From assembly GCA_030390025.1 (NCBI GenBank), contig CM059432.1, positions 136,836,001-136,900,000 on the forward strand: a stretch of DNA of 64,000 nucleotides, in the 5' to 3' direction. Under the pieces are notes generated by a model, which saw nothing but the letters and a program-made list of their open reading frames with translations, did not search any database and was not told where the DNA came from. Of the stretch, positions 24,600 to 37,480 are shown in pieces. The DNA comes from Squalus acanthias. Lineage: Eukaryota. The position numbers were made by a program, and so were the translations under genes. The first letter of the stretch is position 1. Each line of letters starts with the position of its first letter.

Positions 24600-26350
24600 G
24601 GGCCAGAATTTTCTGGCAATATAACGGCACTCACCGTTATTGGTGTATAAATCGTCCAGCAACCTAAGGCGGGGAAGAGATACCCCGCGAGTTAGGAATC
24701 ACCACAAACTGCTGGACGATATGCGCAGCTACACCGTTAGCCTCACGAAAACGAGAGCTCGCCCTCAATCTCCCCATGAGATTCAAGAAATTGAGGCATT
24801 TGTGCATTAATTACCAATTAAACTTGCTGCAGAAAGATGGGGCTGGTACTTAACAGCAAAGTACCTTGTTAATGATGAGATTTATGTTCCTGCAATGCCA
24901 ACCAACCTCTCCGGCCCAGAAAGGGAACAAATTAAACTCATTCCTATAGGTAGTAAAGTGTTGTTAAAGATTTTTTTTTAATCCTTCCTTTTCCTTTCTG
25001 TCTCTTTTTTCTCTCTCTCTTAATCCAATCTTTCTTTCCCTCACTTTATTTCTCTTTCTGTACCTAATTTGACTCTAATTCACTCTATTTCCTTCTTTCC
25101 TCTGTTTCTTTCTCAATCTTTAAATCTCATTGGTTAAGAAGGCTGGGTATTCTGCGGCGAGTGTCTCACCTCCTGACTCCCCAAAGCCTTTCCATCTTCT
25201 ACAAGGCACAAATCAGGAGTGTGATGGAATACTCTCCACTTGCCTGGATGTGTGTCACTCCAACAACAATCAAGAAGCTCAACACCATCCAAGACAAATT
25301 AGCCCGCTTGATTGACACCCCTACCACCACCTTAAACATTCACTCCCTCCACCACTGGTGCACTGTGGCTGCAGTGTGTACCATCTACAAGATGCACTGT
25401 AGCAACTTGCCAAGGCTTCTTCGACAGCACCTCCCAAACCCGCGACCTCTACCACCTGGAAGGACAAGGGCAGCAGGTGCATGGGAACACCATCACCTCC
25501 AAGTTCCCCTCCAAGTCACACACCATCCTGACTTGGAAATATATTGCCTTCCTTTCATTGTTGTTTCGTCAAAATCCTGGAACTCCCTCCCTAACAGCAC
25601 TGTGGGAGTACCTTCACCACACGGACTGCAGCGGTTCAAGAAGAAAGACTTGCATTTATATAGCACCTTTCACGATCACCGGATGTCCCAAATTGCTTTA
25701 CAGCCAATGAAGTACTTTTTGAAGTGTAGTCACCATTGCAATGTAGGAAACGTGGCAGCCAATTTGCACACAGCAAGCTCCCACGAACAGCAATGTGATA
25801 ATGACCAGATAATCTGGTTTTTTTTTGTTATGTTGATTCAGGGTTAAATATTGGCTATGACACTGGGGATAACTCCCCTGCTCTTCTTTGAAATAGTGCC
25901 ATGGGATCTTTTATGTCCAATTGAGAGAGCAGATGGGACCTTGGTTTAGCATCACATTTGAAGGATAGCACCTCTGACAATGCAGAACTCCCTCAGTACT
26001 GCACTGGAGTGTCAGCCTAGATTTTTGCACTCAAGTTGCTGGAGTGGGACTTGAACCCACAACCTTCATGACTCTGAGGTGAGGGTGCTACCAACTGAGC
26101 CACAGGAACTAGGGATGGGCAATAAATGCTGGCTTTGCCAGTGACACCCACATCCCAGGAACAAATTAAAAAATATATAGACTGTTAGTCCTGTTGTTCA
26201 CTAAGGTCCCAGATGCCCTGTTGCCTTTGTCGTGCCGTTATCAGCTTGCACTTCCAGCAACTTGCTGTGCAAAACTTTTCAGACCTGAAGGGTGAGGGAA
26301 GGAATCTAACTAATGAAATGCGTCGTGAGATGCTCCGTTCCAACTGTACT
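24600..26350. mobile_element. Decayed Harbinger-like MITE interrupted by LINE and SINE insertions
   Basis: GGGCCAGAATTTT terminus; right terminus not found. Confidence 0.4.
25135..26170 (+). mobile_element. LINE 3' fragment (CR1/L2 group, distinct family) with a Deu SINE inserted at ~25640-26105 (-)
   Basis: YKAQIRSVMEYSPLAW...SKSWNSLPNS; 3' end GGGATGGGCAATAAATGCTGG resumes at ~26108; same 3' end at 37355-37480. Confidence 0.75.
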
Positions 26351-26711
26351 TAACAGTATTAAATACCATTTAATACTTTATATATGATATCAATCGACTG
26401 CAACAGGACATAGAAAAGCTAGCAGAATGGGCAGACAAGTGGCAGATGGAATTTAATACTGATGCATTTTGGCAGAAGGAACAGGGAGAGGCAATATACA
26501 CTTAATGGCACAGTTTTAAAGAGTGTGCAGGGACAGAGGGACCTGGGAGTTAATGTGCATAGGTCCCTGAAGCTGGCAGGACATATTGAGAGAGTGGATA
26601 GCAAAGCATATGGGATCTTGGGCTTCATAAATAGAGGTATTGAGTACAAAAGTAGAGAAGTTATGCTGAATCTTTATAAAGCATTGGTTAGGCCACAACT
26701 GGAGTATTGTG

Positions 26712-27357
26712 ATAGCAAAATACTGAGGATACTGGAAAATTGAAACAACAACAGAAAACGCTGGAAAAACTCAGCAGGCCAGGCAGCATCCGTGGAGAGA
26801 GAAACAGAGTTAACGTTTCAGGTCGAAACCCTTCGTCAGAACTGAGAAAAGAGCAGGAAATGAAACAGATAAAAATGCAAGGGGGAGGCTGGGGGGAGGA
26901 ATAAAAGAACAAAAGGGCTGGTCTATGGTAAGTAGAGACATTAAGAGATGCTCAAGGCAAGACGAGATGGTAATAGGACAGGTGAAGAAACAAAAGGTGA
27001 AGTGTGAAATGCTGGCAGAATGAGAGACAGCTGCCGTAGGGGGAGAGAGAGAAAAAAAAGGAAAAAGGCACGGACCAAAAGGGTGGATGTGGTAGGGGCC
27101 GAGGTTATGATCTGAAATTGTTGAACTCGATATTGAGTCCGGAAGGCTGTAAAGTGCCTAAACGAAAGATGAGGTGCTGTTCCTCGACCTTACGCTGAGC
27201 TTCCGTGGAACAATGGACGAGGCTGAGGATGGTGAGGTCTGAGTGGGCATGGACAGGTGAATTAAAATGACAAGCGACCGGAAGCTCGGGGTCACCCTTA
27301 CGGACTGAACGGAGGTGTTCCGCAAAGCGGTCACCCAATCTGCGTTTGGTCTCCCCA
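26712..27357 (-). mobile_element. Penelope-like element, 5'-truncated, with GIY-YIG endonuclease C-terminus
   Basis: GDRFAEHLRSV..PVACHFNS..EEQHLIFRLGTLQPSGLN; 9-bp TSD AGTATTGTG / AGTATTGCG. Confidence 0.88.
26808..26843 (-). ncRNA. Minimal hammerhead ribozyme motif (family P1)
   Basis: AGUU CUGACGA A GGGU-UUCG-ACCU GAAA CGUU AACU. Confidence 0.7.
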
Positions 27358-27896
27358 AGTATTGCGTCCAGTTCTGGTCACCACACTTTAGGAAGGATGT
27401 GAAGGCCCTTGAGAGGGTGCAGAAGAGATGTACCAGAATGGTTCCGGGGATGGGGGATCTTAGCTACACGGACAGGTTGGAGCAGCTGGATTTGTTTTCA
27501 TTAGAACAAAGGAGGTTGAGTGGTGATTTGATAGAGGTGTACAAGATTATGACGGGTTTGGATAGGCTAAGACGGGGAAAGGTTGTTCCCACTAATTGAT
27601 GGTACAAGGACTAGGGGACACAGGTTTAAGGTTTTAGGCAAGAGATACAGGGGGGACATGAGGAAAAACTTTTTTACGCAGTGAGTGGTGATGATCTGGA
27701 ATTTGCTGCCGACGGGAGTGGTGGAAGCGGAGACACTCAATGTTTTCAAGGGGAGACTGGATAGGCACTTGAGGGAAATAAATTTGCAGGGCTATGGGGA
27801 TAGAGCGGGGGAATGGGACTGACTGGATTGCTCTACAGAGAGCCGACACGGACTCGATAGGCTGAATGGCCTCCTTCTGTGCCATTATGACTCTAT

Positions 27897-28748
27897 GGGC
27901 TGGATTTTACTTGCCGAGATGAGTTGGGGGCGGGACTGCTGCCTTCCGGGTTCTAGTCCCGCCCCCCAGCGACGTCTGATGAACAAACGGTATTTTGCCC
28001 TGATTGGCCTTGTTAAGCCCGCCCTGCAGGCTTGCCGGCCAATTAAGGGAAAGCCAGTGTCAGATGACGCTTCATCTGCCGGTTTTCTTAAAGGGACAGG
28101 CCCCATAATTTTTTGACAGATGAATTGTCAGTGTTTGACAGCATTGAGGTGACAAACACTGACAATCACTGTCCAAAGGTAAGCCCTTGTACCCAGACTC
28201 ACCAATGACTCTGTCCTTAGGAGAAAACAGATGGCAGCTGCATGTGAGATTGCAGAAGCCATCTGTCAATTCTCCCGATCAGGTGAGGCTTCACAGAAAC
28301 ATCAAATCTTGGCACCTGCAGATACATATAAACAGAATAAAAATATTTCTCACTACATTCTCTCACCTGTCATACTTACCTGTGGACAATTGCACCCATC
28401 ACACTACCTCTGCAGCTGTCATTTGCACACTTACACTGCAGCAGACCCACAGCTCGCCTCGCTGACCCTGGCGGGGTTTCCCGCTGTCAGGAAGCCCGCA
28501 TCAGCAGGCTGAAAATGGGGAAAAGCCTCTAAACTGCCTGTTAACTACCTGTTAACAGGCAGTTAATTGGCTCTACTCCCCTTTCCGCCGCTGGGAGACG
28601 GGTCCCGGCGCGAGTCGGGGTCCCGCCTCCCAGGAAGATGGTTCGGAGGCGGGTTGGGAGCGGGGTTTGGACCCGCTCCCAATTTTTCCCATTTTCCCAG
28701 CAGTCCTGCCTCCAAACCCGCCTCCTCAGGGCTGAGAAAACCCAGCCC
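27897..28748. mobile_element. Harbinger-like MITE inserted in a CR1 tail
   Basis: TIRs GGGCTGGATTTT / AAAACCCAGCCC; flanked on both sides by TATGACTC tail units. Confidence 0.75.
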
Positions 28749-29406
28749 ATATGACTCATTGAGACCATCCCTTAGCCTTCTTTCTGGTCTGTAGAACTTA
28801 AGTTCCTGAACTCTTTTCTCTTAGATCAACCCCTTTTACACTTGGGGGTCATTCTTGTTGATCATCTCTGCATTCTTTCCAACGCTTGCATGTGCCTTTT
28901 TGAGTTATGGTGACCAGAATTGCACATACAAGTGTAATGCTGGCGAAAAGCGATTTCAGCTCCACACCATTCGCTAAATTTGCGTAAAGTGTTGTGCCAA
29001 ATAGAAATTGACCGAAGCAAAGCAGAGGGAGATCCTTTCCCCTTGCTGAGGCATTGGGAGAGCCCAATGGGCAACATCCTCGGTACCTGGTGTGAGAAAT
29101 AACCCTGACTCACATGCCTCCCCATCAGCAGGAGTGTCTCACTGACAGTAAGATACATTATAGTGCTACTGGATTAACAAAAAAGAAACCACAGGCATTT
29201 GACGGTGCAAATATGGTAAGCTTAACAAGCAACAGTGTAAATGAATTATATGCACTACATATAATATAAGGTTTAGACTGGACTATTTTGCAAGTCAGTA
29301 ACACTTCAGTGGCTTCAGACAACACCATAAACTACGAGATTAAATCCTAAAATACGTGGACACACTCCAGCTTGTGTTAGTGTTATTTATTGTATGCAGT
29401 TGGAGA

Positions 29407-29533
29407 GTGTGCGTGTGTTTGTGTGTGTGTGTGTTTGTGTGTGTGTGTTTGTGTGTGTTTGTGTTTGTGTGTTTGTGTGTGTGTGTCATATATATATATA
29501 TATACAGTATATATACAGTATATAAACACACAC
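29407..29533. repeat. (TG)n/(TA)n compound microsatellite
   Basis: Read directly. Confidence 0.9.
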
Positions 29534-30057
29534 TCACGTACGCAGGGGAGGGTGGGAAGTGAGGTTGTTCTATTTTGGTGAATCTTTTTTTTTTTGCCTG
29601 AGGCAAGTGCCATGGGAGACAGCAGGCTTATTTGAACGAATGATTTCACTTGATTTAAAATAAAGTGCTGTTCCACCACAATTTGAACCTCAGTAATTGT
29701 AACAAGGTGAACTGCAGGCTGAAGCAGCTGTCAGCTGGCTCAGACATCAACTCTCGGGTCCACAGCCATCCACAACACGGGCTGAGCAATTGCCTGTGCA
29801 TGTCCCAATGCATAAAGCAGCAGCTTATCGGGAGAACTGGGGAGCGGTGACTGAGTTAGTGGTGTCCAATTCTACATTTTTGCTAATTTTTTAAATAGTT
29901 GAGGTCCTGATAGAAATAAATAAAGAACTTGCGTTTATACAGCACCTTTCAGGACCTCAGGGTGTCCCAAAGTGCCACCAGAGAGCTTCAGTGAGTTCAA
30001 CCAGCCCACAGCCCAGAAAGAGAAAAGAGATGTTGAGATATTGGAGAAGGGATGGTA

Positions 30058-30595
30058 AAAGAAAAAAGAAAGCCTTGCATTTATATATCGCCTTTCACGA
30101 CCTCAGGTTATCCCAAGGCGCTTACAGCCCATGAAGTAGTTTTGAAGTGTTGTAATGTAGGAAATGCAGCAGCCAATTTGCGCACAGCAAGCTCCCACAA
30201 ACAGCAATATAATAATGACCAGATAATCTGCTTTTTAGTGATGTTGGTTGAGCGATATCAGGGAGAACTCCCCTGCTCTTCTATGAAATAGCAGCATGGG
30301 ATCTTTTATGAATGGGAAGACGGTTTAACGTCTCATCCAAAAGACAGTAACTTTAACAGTGCAGCACTCTCTCAGTAAGGGCGCCTCAGCCTAGATTTCA
30401 TGCTCAAGTCACTGGAGTGGGAACTGAACCCACAACCTTCTGACGCAGAGTCAAGAGTGCTACTCACTGAGCCACAGCTGACATCTATTCAAATAATATA
30501 TCCTAATGGCTCAGTGGGTAGCCCACTTGCCTTTGAGTCATGAAGGTTGTGGGTTCATGCCCCACTCCAGGCACTAGGACACAAAATCCAGGCTG
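30058..30595 (-). mobile_element. Deu-domain SINE (-) followed by a head fragment in opposite orientation (~30505-30595)
   Basis: Colinear with 15205-15680. Confidence 0.75.
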
Positions 30596-31827
30596 GGAAT
30601 ATCTCAGAGCCCCTGACAGAACCTACCAGATATTAGGGCACTTCTCAGTGGGGTCAGAAAACAGAGATGCAAGCAGATAACCCTGCTATCCTGCAGCAGA
30701 TGGCACAACCTTGGGGCAGCCACCCTTCTGAAGCATAGACAGCAACGATAGATCTCCTCTCATGTGTCCAAGTAGGTATGGGTGTCAGGTGGGATTCTAT
30801 GAATCTCAGGGTAGTGACAGGTCTGTAAACAAACAACTTGGGTGTCATCACACCTGCATTTGTTGCCTCCTCGCAAACTCGTTTTCCTCTCCTGAACTTT
30901 AAGCAGTGCGATCGGAACCGCCAAAGGAATTCCCACCAACCACACTGCTTAAAAGCACCAAGACTTATAAAAGAGAGTATGGCCGAGAGAAAAAATGGTG
31001 GATTAACCAGCAAAACCAGCTAATGCACAGAAAACGTGAAGTAAAATTTAACGGGAAAACATACAAAATAAACACTCTTCATAAGAACTGTGCAACATCA
31101 ACCTGTCTTTAAAAAGTTGACTTACTTGAAGCCAGGCCACTGGATCCCCAAGTACACCTAGTTTATACGGGAGAGTTGTGCATTGTTGGCAGAGTCTTAT
31201 CCAAAACTGGGAATTTTTGGTCAGGGACACAATTTAAATTAAAGAAGACTCACTAAGTGTCACTTTCTCCCCAATAATTGCACCCAAATCACACTGCTCA
31301 TCACTCCCTGACCTGCTGCCAAATCCACTGGTGGAGCCCTACAAAATTGCCACTTAAGAGTTTTAAATATAGGCAAAACTTTTCCACAATTATTGAATGA
31401 ACTATAGAGGTAGGAAAAGGCCATACTGGGATTTATTTCACAAGAAGATAACAAACCCTATGAATTTTATAAGACCAGAATGTATACAGGTGTGCTATAG
31501 CAATGTAAAACAGGTACATTTCTTTTTTTTTTAATTTGCTCTCAAGATGTGGCTTATGTAGGTTCCCTCATCACCTGACGGAGGGCCCATTCTGGCAACT
31601 ATGTCCTTGAAGACTCTGCTAGTCATTATACCCAGAAACTCCAATAGGAAAGTTCTAAGAAGATAAATAATAGTTCATTCCATAGGTCATAAAAACAATC
31701 ATGTTATAGTGAAGCTTAATTTGATACTTTCATGTTTTATATCATCTGAACCTCTTGAATGTGTCAGTACTATGTAACACCCTCTCAGTTTTTGGTTATT
31801 CTTTATTTAACTTATACCCAACCTTCA

Positions 31828-33220
31828 TTGTTACAGTTATATAAAGCTCTAGTTAGAGTACCCCATTTAGAGTATTGCGTTCAGTTCTGGGCCCTGTACC
31901 TCAGGAAGGCTATACTGGCCTTGGAGAGGGTGCAGTGCAGATTTGCCAGAATGATACTGGGGTTAAAAGGGTTAAATTATGAGGATAGCTTGCAGAGACT
32001 AGGGGCTGGATTTTGATACTGAGGCGGGCTGGGGTCCTGTCATCCACTTTTCGTGTTATCCACCCGACTCCAATTGGATGTGGGAGATTGATGCGATTTT
32101 CACCTAATTGGGCAATTGAGTTCCAGCATGTGGGAACCCATGACCCAATTAGTGTTTTCAGTCTGAAAGTCGCCTCTGATGATCTCATCATTGCTGCTGC
32201 ATTGAAGGTCTGCAAAGACTGCCTGGTCTTTGCTGTGAGAAAGTCGCCTCTGATGATGTCACCAGTGCTGCTGCATTGAAGGTCTGCAAAGACTGCCTGG
32301 TCTTTGCTGTGAGAGGACCTGGAGGCAAAATGAGCAGCAGCAGCCCTAAGTCTGCTCCCAGAAATTTCTTCACCACCGCCACCACCAGGTTTCACATTCA
32401 TGGTTCAGAACAGGCGTGCTTCATGTGGAAAAAGGGTTAAAATCATAAAGGCCTTTCAAAATGGCATTATAGAGGCAATTTAATGCTTGTTAAGGGCCTT
32501 AACAGCCTATCCCGCCTCTTGAAGGCGGGACGGAGTCGGGACCAGCAGACACGATTTAATGAAAATTGCGTGGAGGCGGGATGGAGGCGGGCTTGTGCCC
32601 GCCCACCAGTTTTCGCAATTTTAACCCCCCACACGCCTCCAAACCCGCCTCCACGGGTCAATGAAAATTCTGCCCTAGGTTTGTATTCCCTTGAGCATAG
32701 AAGATTAAGGGGTGATCTCATTGAGGTGTTTAAGAAGATTAAAGGATTTGATAGGGTAGATAGCGAGAAACTATTTCCTCTGGTGGAGGAGTCCAAAACA
32801 AGGGGGCATAACTTAGGGATGAGGAACTTACAGTGTTATGGACAAAAAGTGGGGATGTGGGATTAAGCATGACTGCTCTTTCGAAGAGCCAGCACAGGCA
32901 GGATGGGGCGAATTGCCTTCCTCTGTGCTGTAAGTTTCCACAATAACCTTAAAATTGGAGTCTAGGCTGTTCACGGGTGATGTCAGGAAACACTTCTTCA
33001 CACAAAGGGTGGTGGATATCTGGAAAACTCTCTCCGCAAAAGCTGTTGAGGCTAGGGGTCAATTGAAAATTTAAAAACTAAGATTGATAGATTTTTGTTG
33101 GGCAAGGGTATTTAAAGGTTATGGAACCAAGGTGGGTAGGTGGAGTTAAGATACAGATCAGCCATGATCTAATTGAACAGGCTCGAGGGGCTGAACAGCA
33201 TGCTCTTCTTCCTATGTTGA
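31828..33220 (+). mobile_element. CR1 LINE 3' fragment interrupted by a Harbinger MITE and a short second CR1 tail
   Basis: LYKALV..HLEYCVQFW...LQRL | GLYSLEHRRLRGDLIEVFK. Confidence 0.85.
32003..32675. mobile_element. Non-autonomous Harbinger, related to family B
   Basis: TIRs GGGCTGGATTTT / AAAATTCTGCCC; TSD TAG; left part homologous to reverse complement of ~55480-55795; internal tandem duplication at ~32165-32313. Confidence 0.8.
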
Positions 33221-33278
33221 TGTACAAAAGTGAAAAGTCGCACAACACCAGGTTATAGTCCAACAGTTTTATTTGAAA

Positions 33279-33316
33279 TCACAAGATTTCGGAGCTGCTG
33301 CCCCTTCATCAGGTGA
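33279..33316 (-). ncRNA. Minimal hammerhead motif (P2), stem III mutated
   Basis: UCAC CUGAUGA A GGGG-CAGCAG-CUCC GAAA UCUU GUGA. Confidence 0.5.
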
Positions 33317-33433
33317 AGTGAAGGAATACGAATCGGCAAAGCATATATAGACAGAGAACAATGCCTGTGTAGCGTACAATCTCAGACGTTGTTCTCTGTC
33401 TATATATGCTTTGCCGATTCGTATTCCTTCACT

Positions 33434-33471
33434 TCACCTGACGAAGGGGCAGCTTCTCCGAAAGCTTGTGA
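33434..33471 (+). ncRNA. Minimal hammerhead motif (P2)
   Basis: UCAC CUGACGA A GGGG-CAGCUU-CUCC GAAA GCUU GUGA; palindromic AAGCUU. Confidence 0.65.
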
Positions 33472-34699
33472 TTTCAAATAAAACTGTTGGACTATAACCT
33501 GGTGTTGTGCGACTTCTCACTTTTGTCCACCCCAGTCCAACACCGGCATCTCCGCATTATGTTGATGTAGCTCACTTCATATCATTGTTTAATCAAATGA
33601 TTATGCACAGTCCAGTCGTACATTTTATGTGGAAATATCTGAAACACAATGGGGTTATAAGGAGAACCAGTTTATAACCGGACCACTCATCAGAGAGTGC
33701 TTCTTTCTTTGACTTATTCTGTTTTGCCATGGCTTTGAGTTTCCAGGCTACCAGTACAATAAACCTCACGTGCAGCTCGCCTGAAGGTCGTCGGAACACA
33801 CCAATCGATGGGCATGACGTTGTTTTAGGTTTTGTTTAACCCTGGGTACATAGGCCAAGAATGAAAGCTATTCTCACTCTGTAGATACTAAAAGAAAAGA
33901 AAGTTTGGAGGTTTCCACAAGAGTCTTTGAAATCCTCTGGGGAATCTATACCTTGACACACAAGATATCCAACAAATGTAGGATAATTGCATCTCAATTT
34001 CTGTGTCATTCGACATTTATGCAAAGTTTATTGTGGATGTTTATTTAAGTGCACCACGCTTGTATCAGTTTTATTGGCAGAGACTGGGAGAAAATGAGCT
34101 ACCTGACCTTTCCTGTGCCTGGCTGCTGTTAAACATAAAAAGCCTTTAGACTAACACTCATTTCACTGGGAATATGGTAATTTCCGCTGCGAAGCCTGGT
34201 CTTCAGGCTTCGAATTCAGTCAGTCCCATCAGCTTTCTGTGTGCAGATCATATTCACTAATGTTAATCAACCCCTAGATTTTAGATTTTATCACTGATAC
34301 TTTATGGCCACTTGTGCGTTTAATGCCCATCTCTTGGCATTAGGCTTCAGACGCTCAGTGACTTACTTGAAAGCACACTGGCCTATAATGGCTGCACACA
34401 GTAGCTATTTTTCTTTTTGTTAATTTATTTTCTTCTCTCCTTCTCAATCTTATGAGAAATGTTCTCCTAACCCCTTACCGTCATCATGTACCATTGTCCT
34501 GATAGGGAGAAGAGATTAAACTGTTTCCATGAATCTCCCGCTTCTGGTTTGGTCAAGGCACTTGTGAGGGTTAGCTTGGCCTTTGATTTTTTGCTCCTTC
34601 CATAATAAGCAATGCTTCACCTCTAATTGCTGTCTCCCTAGTTGGCCTTTCTCAAACCAGGAACTACCAGCCTATGGTGTATTGTGTGGTTCCTCCATT

Positions 34700-36190
34700 G
34701 AGCCACCTTTTTAGTCCCCAAACTGGCCGGAAATGAAAAATAATAATAATTGGATTTACGTCAAGGTTCGGACAAGAGTCTAGACATCGGGAAGTCGATT
34801 TTGTTCGCCCAGCATGAAACTGGTGGTAGGCGTGTGGCGTGAGAGCAATGATTGCCCGGAGGAATCTCCAGAGGACCCATTCCATTTACTGGGTCATCCC
34901 TCATTCGCATGCTTTAGGTGAGCTGCCAGCATGAAACGCACATCCTGTAAGCAGCTCACTGATGGGGAGGCAGGAAATGGGGTACTGCTGTAAGATCTTA
35001 AGGTCCTGCAGCACCTCAAAAGGTAAGCTTTGTTATTTTATTATTTTGTGGTCAAGTCAAAGAAGCAACACTGGAGGAGCTGTCCAAGGACAAGAGGAGC
35101 TCCAGCAAGGGCCCCTGAAGGTTTTGGATACAGCCGTGGAAATGTTGGTGAAGCAAGTTTGTGAGAGGATGGAAGTCCTTAGATGATCAGTGGGTGCCAG
35201 GGCGAATTGGCGCACAGGCATGGCAAGAGGTGGTACAATATGTGAATGTGAGCAGCATTTGTTCCAGGACCAGGAACAGTCACCTGTTTAATCCACGCAT
35301 GAAGTGCAAATTGACTGATGTTGCCAATATCCTCTGTGGCAGGCTGGAGACAAAGAAGTTCCAGCTGTGCTGAGCTAGCTGGAGCAGTTGTCTGCAGGTC
35401 CTCATGTAGGATGTGGCATAACTCTGTCACTGCCTCCCTAGAGAAGCAAAGCCTCCTTATGCATTATTCCTCAGAGAACTGCATGTATATTGTTCTGGGC
35501 CTGTAAGCTCGGTCAGAGGGTAAGGATTTCTCCAACCACCCATCCCTCATTTGCTCTTGCTCCAACTGCAGTCCTGTTTGCTCCTCCCCCTCCCACCACC
35601 CCCATTCCTTCTCCTCTTCCACCTCCCCTTCTACTTCCAGAGACAAATTCCTCGAAGTACCTCCATGAAGAAACACATGTAATTCCAGAAGCCCCTTTAC
35701 AGTTCAGAACCTACATTAGCAACTAAAAAAACTTTTAATAACTTTAAGGTCAAAATATCCACAAGCTAGTGCAAAAAAATATGTTTCCAAAAGCTCCGTA
35801 CAGCTTTAACTGAAAGCAGGGGCGGATCACCTTAAATAGCGTTTGACATGGCTGCCTCAGAACTTCTAACATCTAAGGTTTGTGGATGGAAGCTGGAAGT
35901 GGAGCAAGCCAGGCAGTAAGGTTGGGAAATTGCATTGGCATCATAACAATCTCGCGCAATCCCGATTTTAATGTATTCACCACGCTCCCATCTGCTTCAG
36001 GGAGCTCTGGCTGCCGGGAATTATCCCCCCTTGGGAAATCAAAGGCAAGGTCTCCAAAAAACACAAACTGGGCCGGAGGAGCTGGCGTACCATTTTCCAC
36101 TCGCTCCTGCCCGTATTTTCGAGCACCAAGAAGAGCAGAATCGCCACCCCCTCCGGGCTCATGACTACTCGACTTAACCCAGATTTTGCA
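34700..36190 (+). mobile_element. Highly decayed Harbinger-like element
   Basis: Myb/SANT-like remnant near 35100-35270 and GC-rich subterminal blocks; termini unclear. Confidence 0.35.
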
Positions 36191-37354
36191 TGATTCGCAT
36201 AAACATGTGCTCTGTGTAGCAATTTGCCAATCACAAATGGAGCATCAACACCTGCGTAGACCTGTTGGGCCGAATGGTCTGTTTGTGTGCTGTAAATACT
36301 ATGGCCGGAATTTTGTTTACCTGGGCAGGTCGGGTGCGGGCCGTCGGCCAGGCAGGTCACGACCCTGGTCCTCATTTCATGCCGGTCCTCAGAGCAGCCT
36401 TCCCCTAATGGCGCCTATGAAGGCAGCCCTGCGCGTTACCCACCTCTATTAAATGCTGCAGGTCTGATGACGTCATCGATGACTCATTTTCAGCCGGGAT
36501 ATTTAAAGGCAGCTTGGCCACGTTGTATTTGAAGGATTCTGCAGGCACTGTATTAGAGCATTTGAGTGTTACTAAGCCTTGGAAACATGACTGCACCCTC
36601 ATCCTAATGCAAACATACCAACTAACACACAGGAGACCATTTGGCATTGGCACCCCACTCCATCATAGTCACCCTCTAAAGATGTAACCCATCCATTCCT
36701 TACACTCATTCTATCACTCTCACTCAAAAGTCTCTTCTTTCCCTCCTTGCAAGAGAAGAGAGCCCACAATAAGAGGGAAAGGGAGAGAACCGGAGGTGGC
36801 CCTCCATCATTGGTGACGTTAACTGCAGCAGATGAGGTCGCCCTGGAAGTATCAGGAGTCGCAGAGCAGCTGGCGGTGGGAGACAGAGAGAGGGGGACAT
36901 CTCAGCAAACTGGTGACAGAATCACATCTCATACAGCCACATGGCATACAGCAGTCACTCATATGGGGACTGATGTCAGCAGCCAGTGAATGTTCATCAT
37001 GTGCATAATGGTATCATTACCCATTCTTGATATGACATTTCTAAATCATCTTTTGACTTTCCTTTAGGTCTATCAAGAGCCTCGCCCCCCCGCCCCCCCC
37101 CCCCTCCACCCTGTCCAGGAGGAAGAGGAAGACGACTCCTCAGAGGAGCTTCCAGCCTCTGAGGGTGCACCGTCAGCAGACATAAGCTCACCCAGCACCA
37201 GCGCAGATACGCACACCTTGGTGGGTCCCATGCGAGATAGAGTAGTGTTGTCACCTGGTGTCTCACAAGTGAGCAAGTGGAGATGGTGGAGACAGGGACA
37301 GCAGTGGAGACTCCTCGCCAGAGGGCGCAAGGCACTCCCAGCTCTGCTCAGCAA

Positions 37355-37480
37355 TTTTTTTATTAGTTTATGGGATGTGGGCGTCGCTGGCAAGGCCAGC
37401 ATTTATTGCCCATCCCTAATTGCCCTTGAGAAGGTGGTGGTGAGCCGCCTTCTTGAACCGCTGCAGTCTGTGTGGTGAAG
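37355..37480 (-). mobile_element. LINE 3' end inserted in Harbinger C
   Basis: Same 3' end as the family at 25135-26170. Confidence 0.7.

Larger units (their letters stand above)
26385..27896 (+). mobile_element. CR1 LINE fragment split by a Penelope-like insertion
   Basis: ...LVRPQLEYC | YCVQFWSPHFRKD... is continuous across the insert. Confidence 0.9.
33225..33557. mobile_element. Penelope-like inverted terminal (hairpin) insertion, family P2
   Basis: ~140-bp inverted arms spanning 33224-33526; 12-bp TSD TATGTTGATGTA at 33213-33224 and 33558-33569. Confidence 0.85.

Noticed and set aside
29340..29679. Overlapping Cys/Val or His/Thr-rich ORFs
   Set aside because: Translations of the (TG)n microsatellite
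33593..33840. Short frames on both strands, including an INLTCSSPE LRRCT-like look-alike
   Set aside because: Too short, no upstream cysteines or LRRs, no consistent splice context
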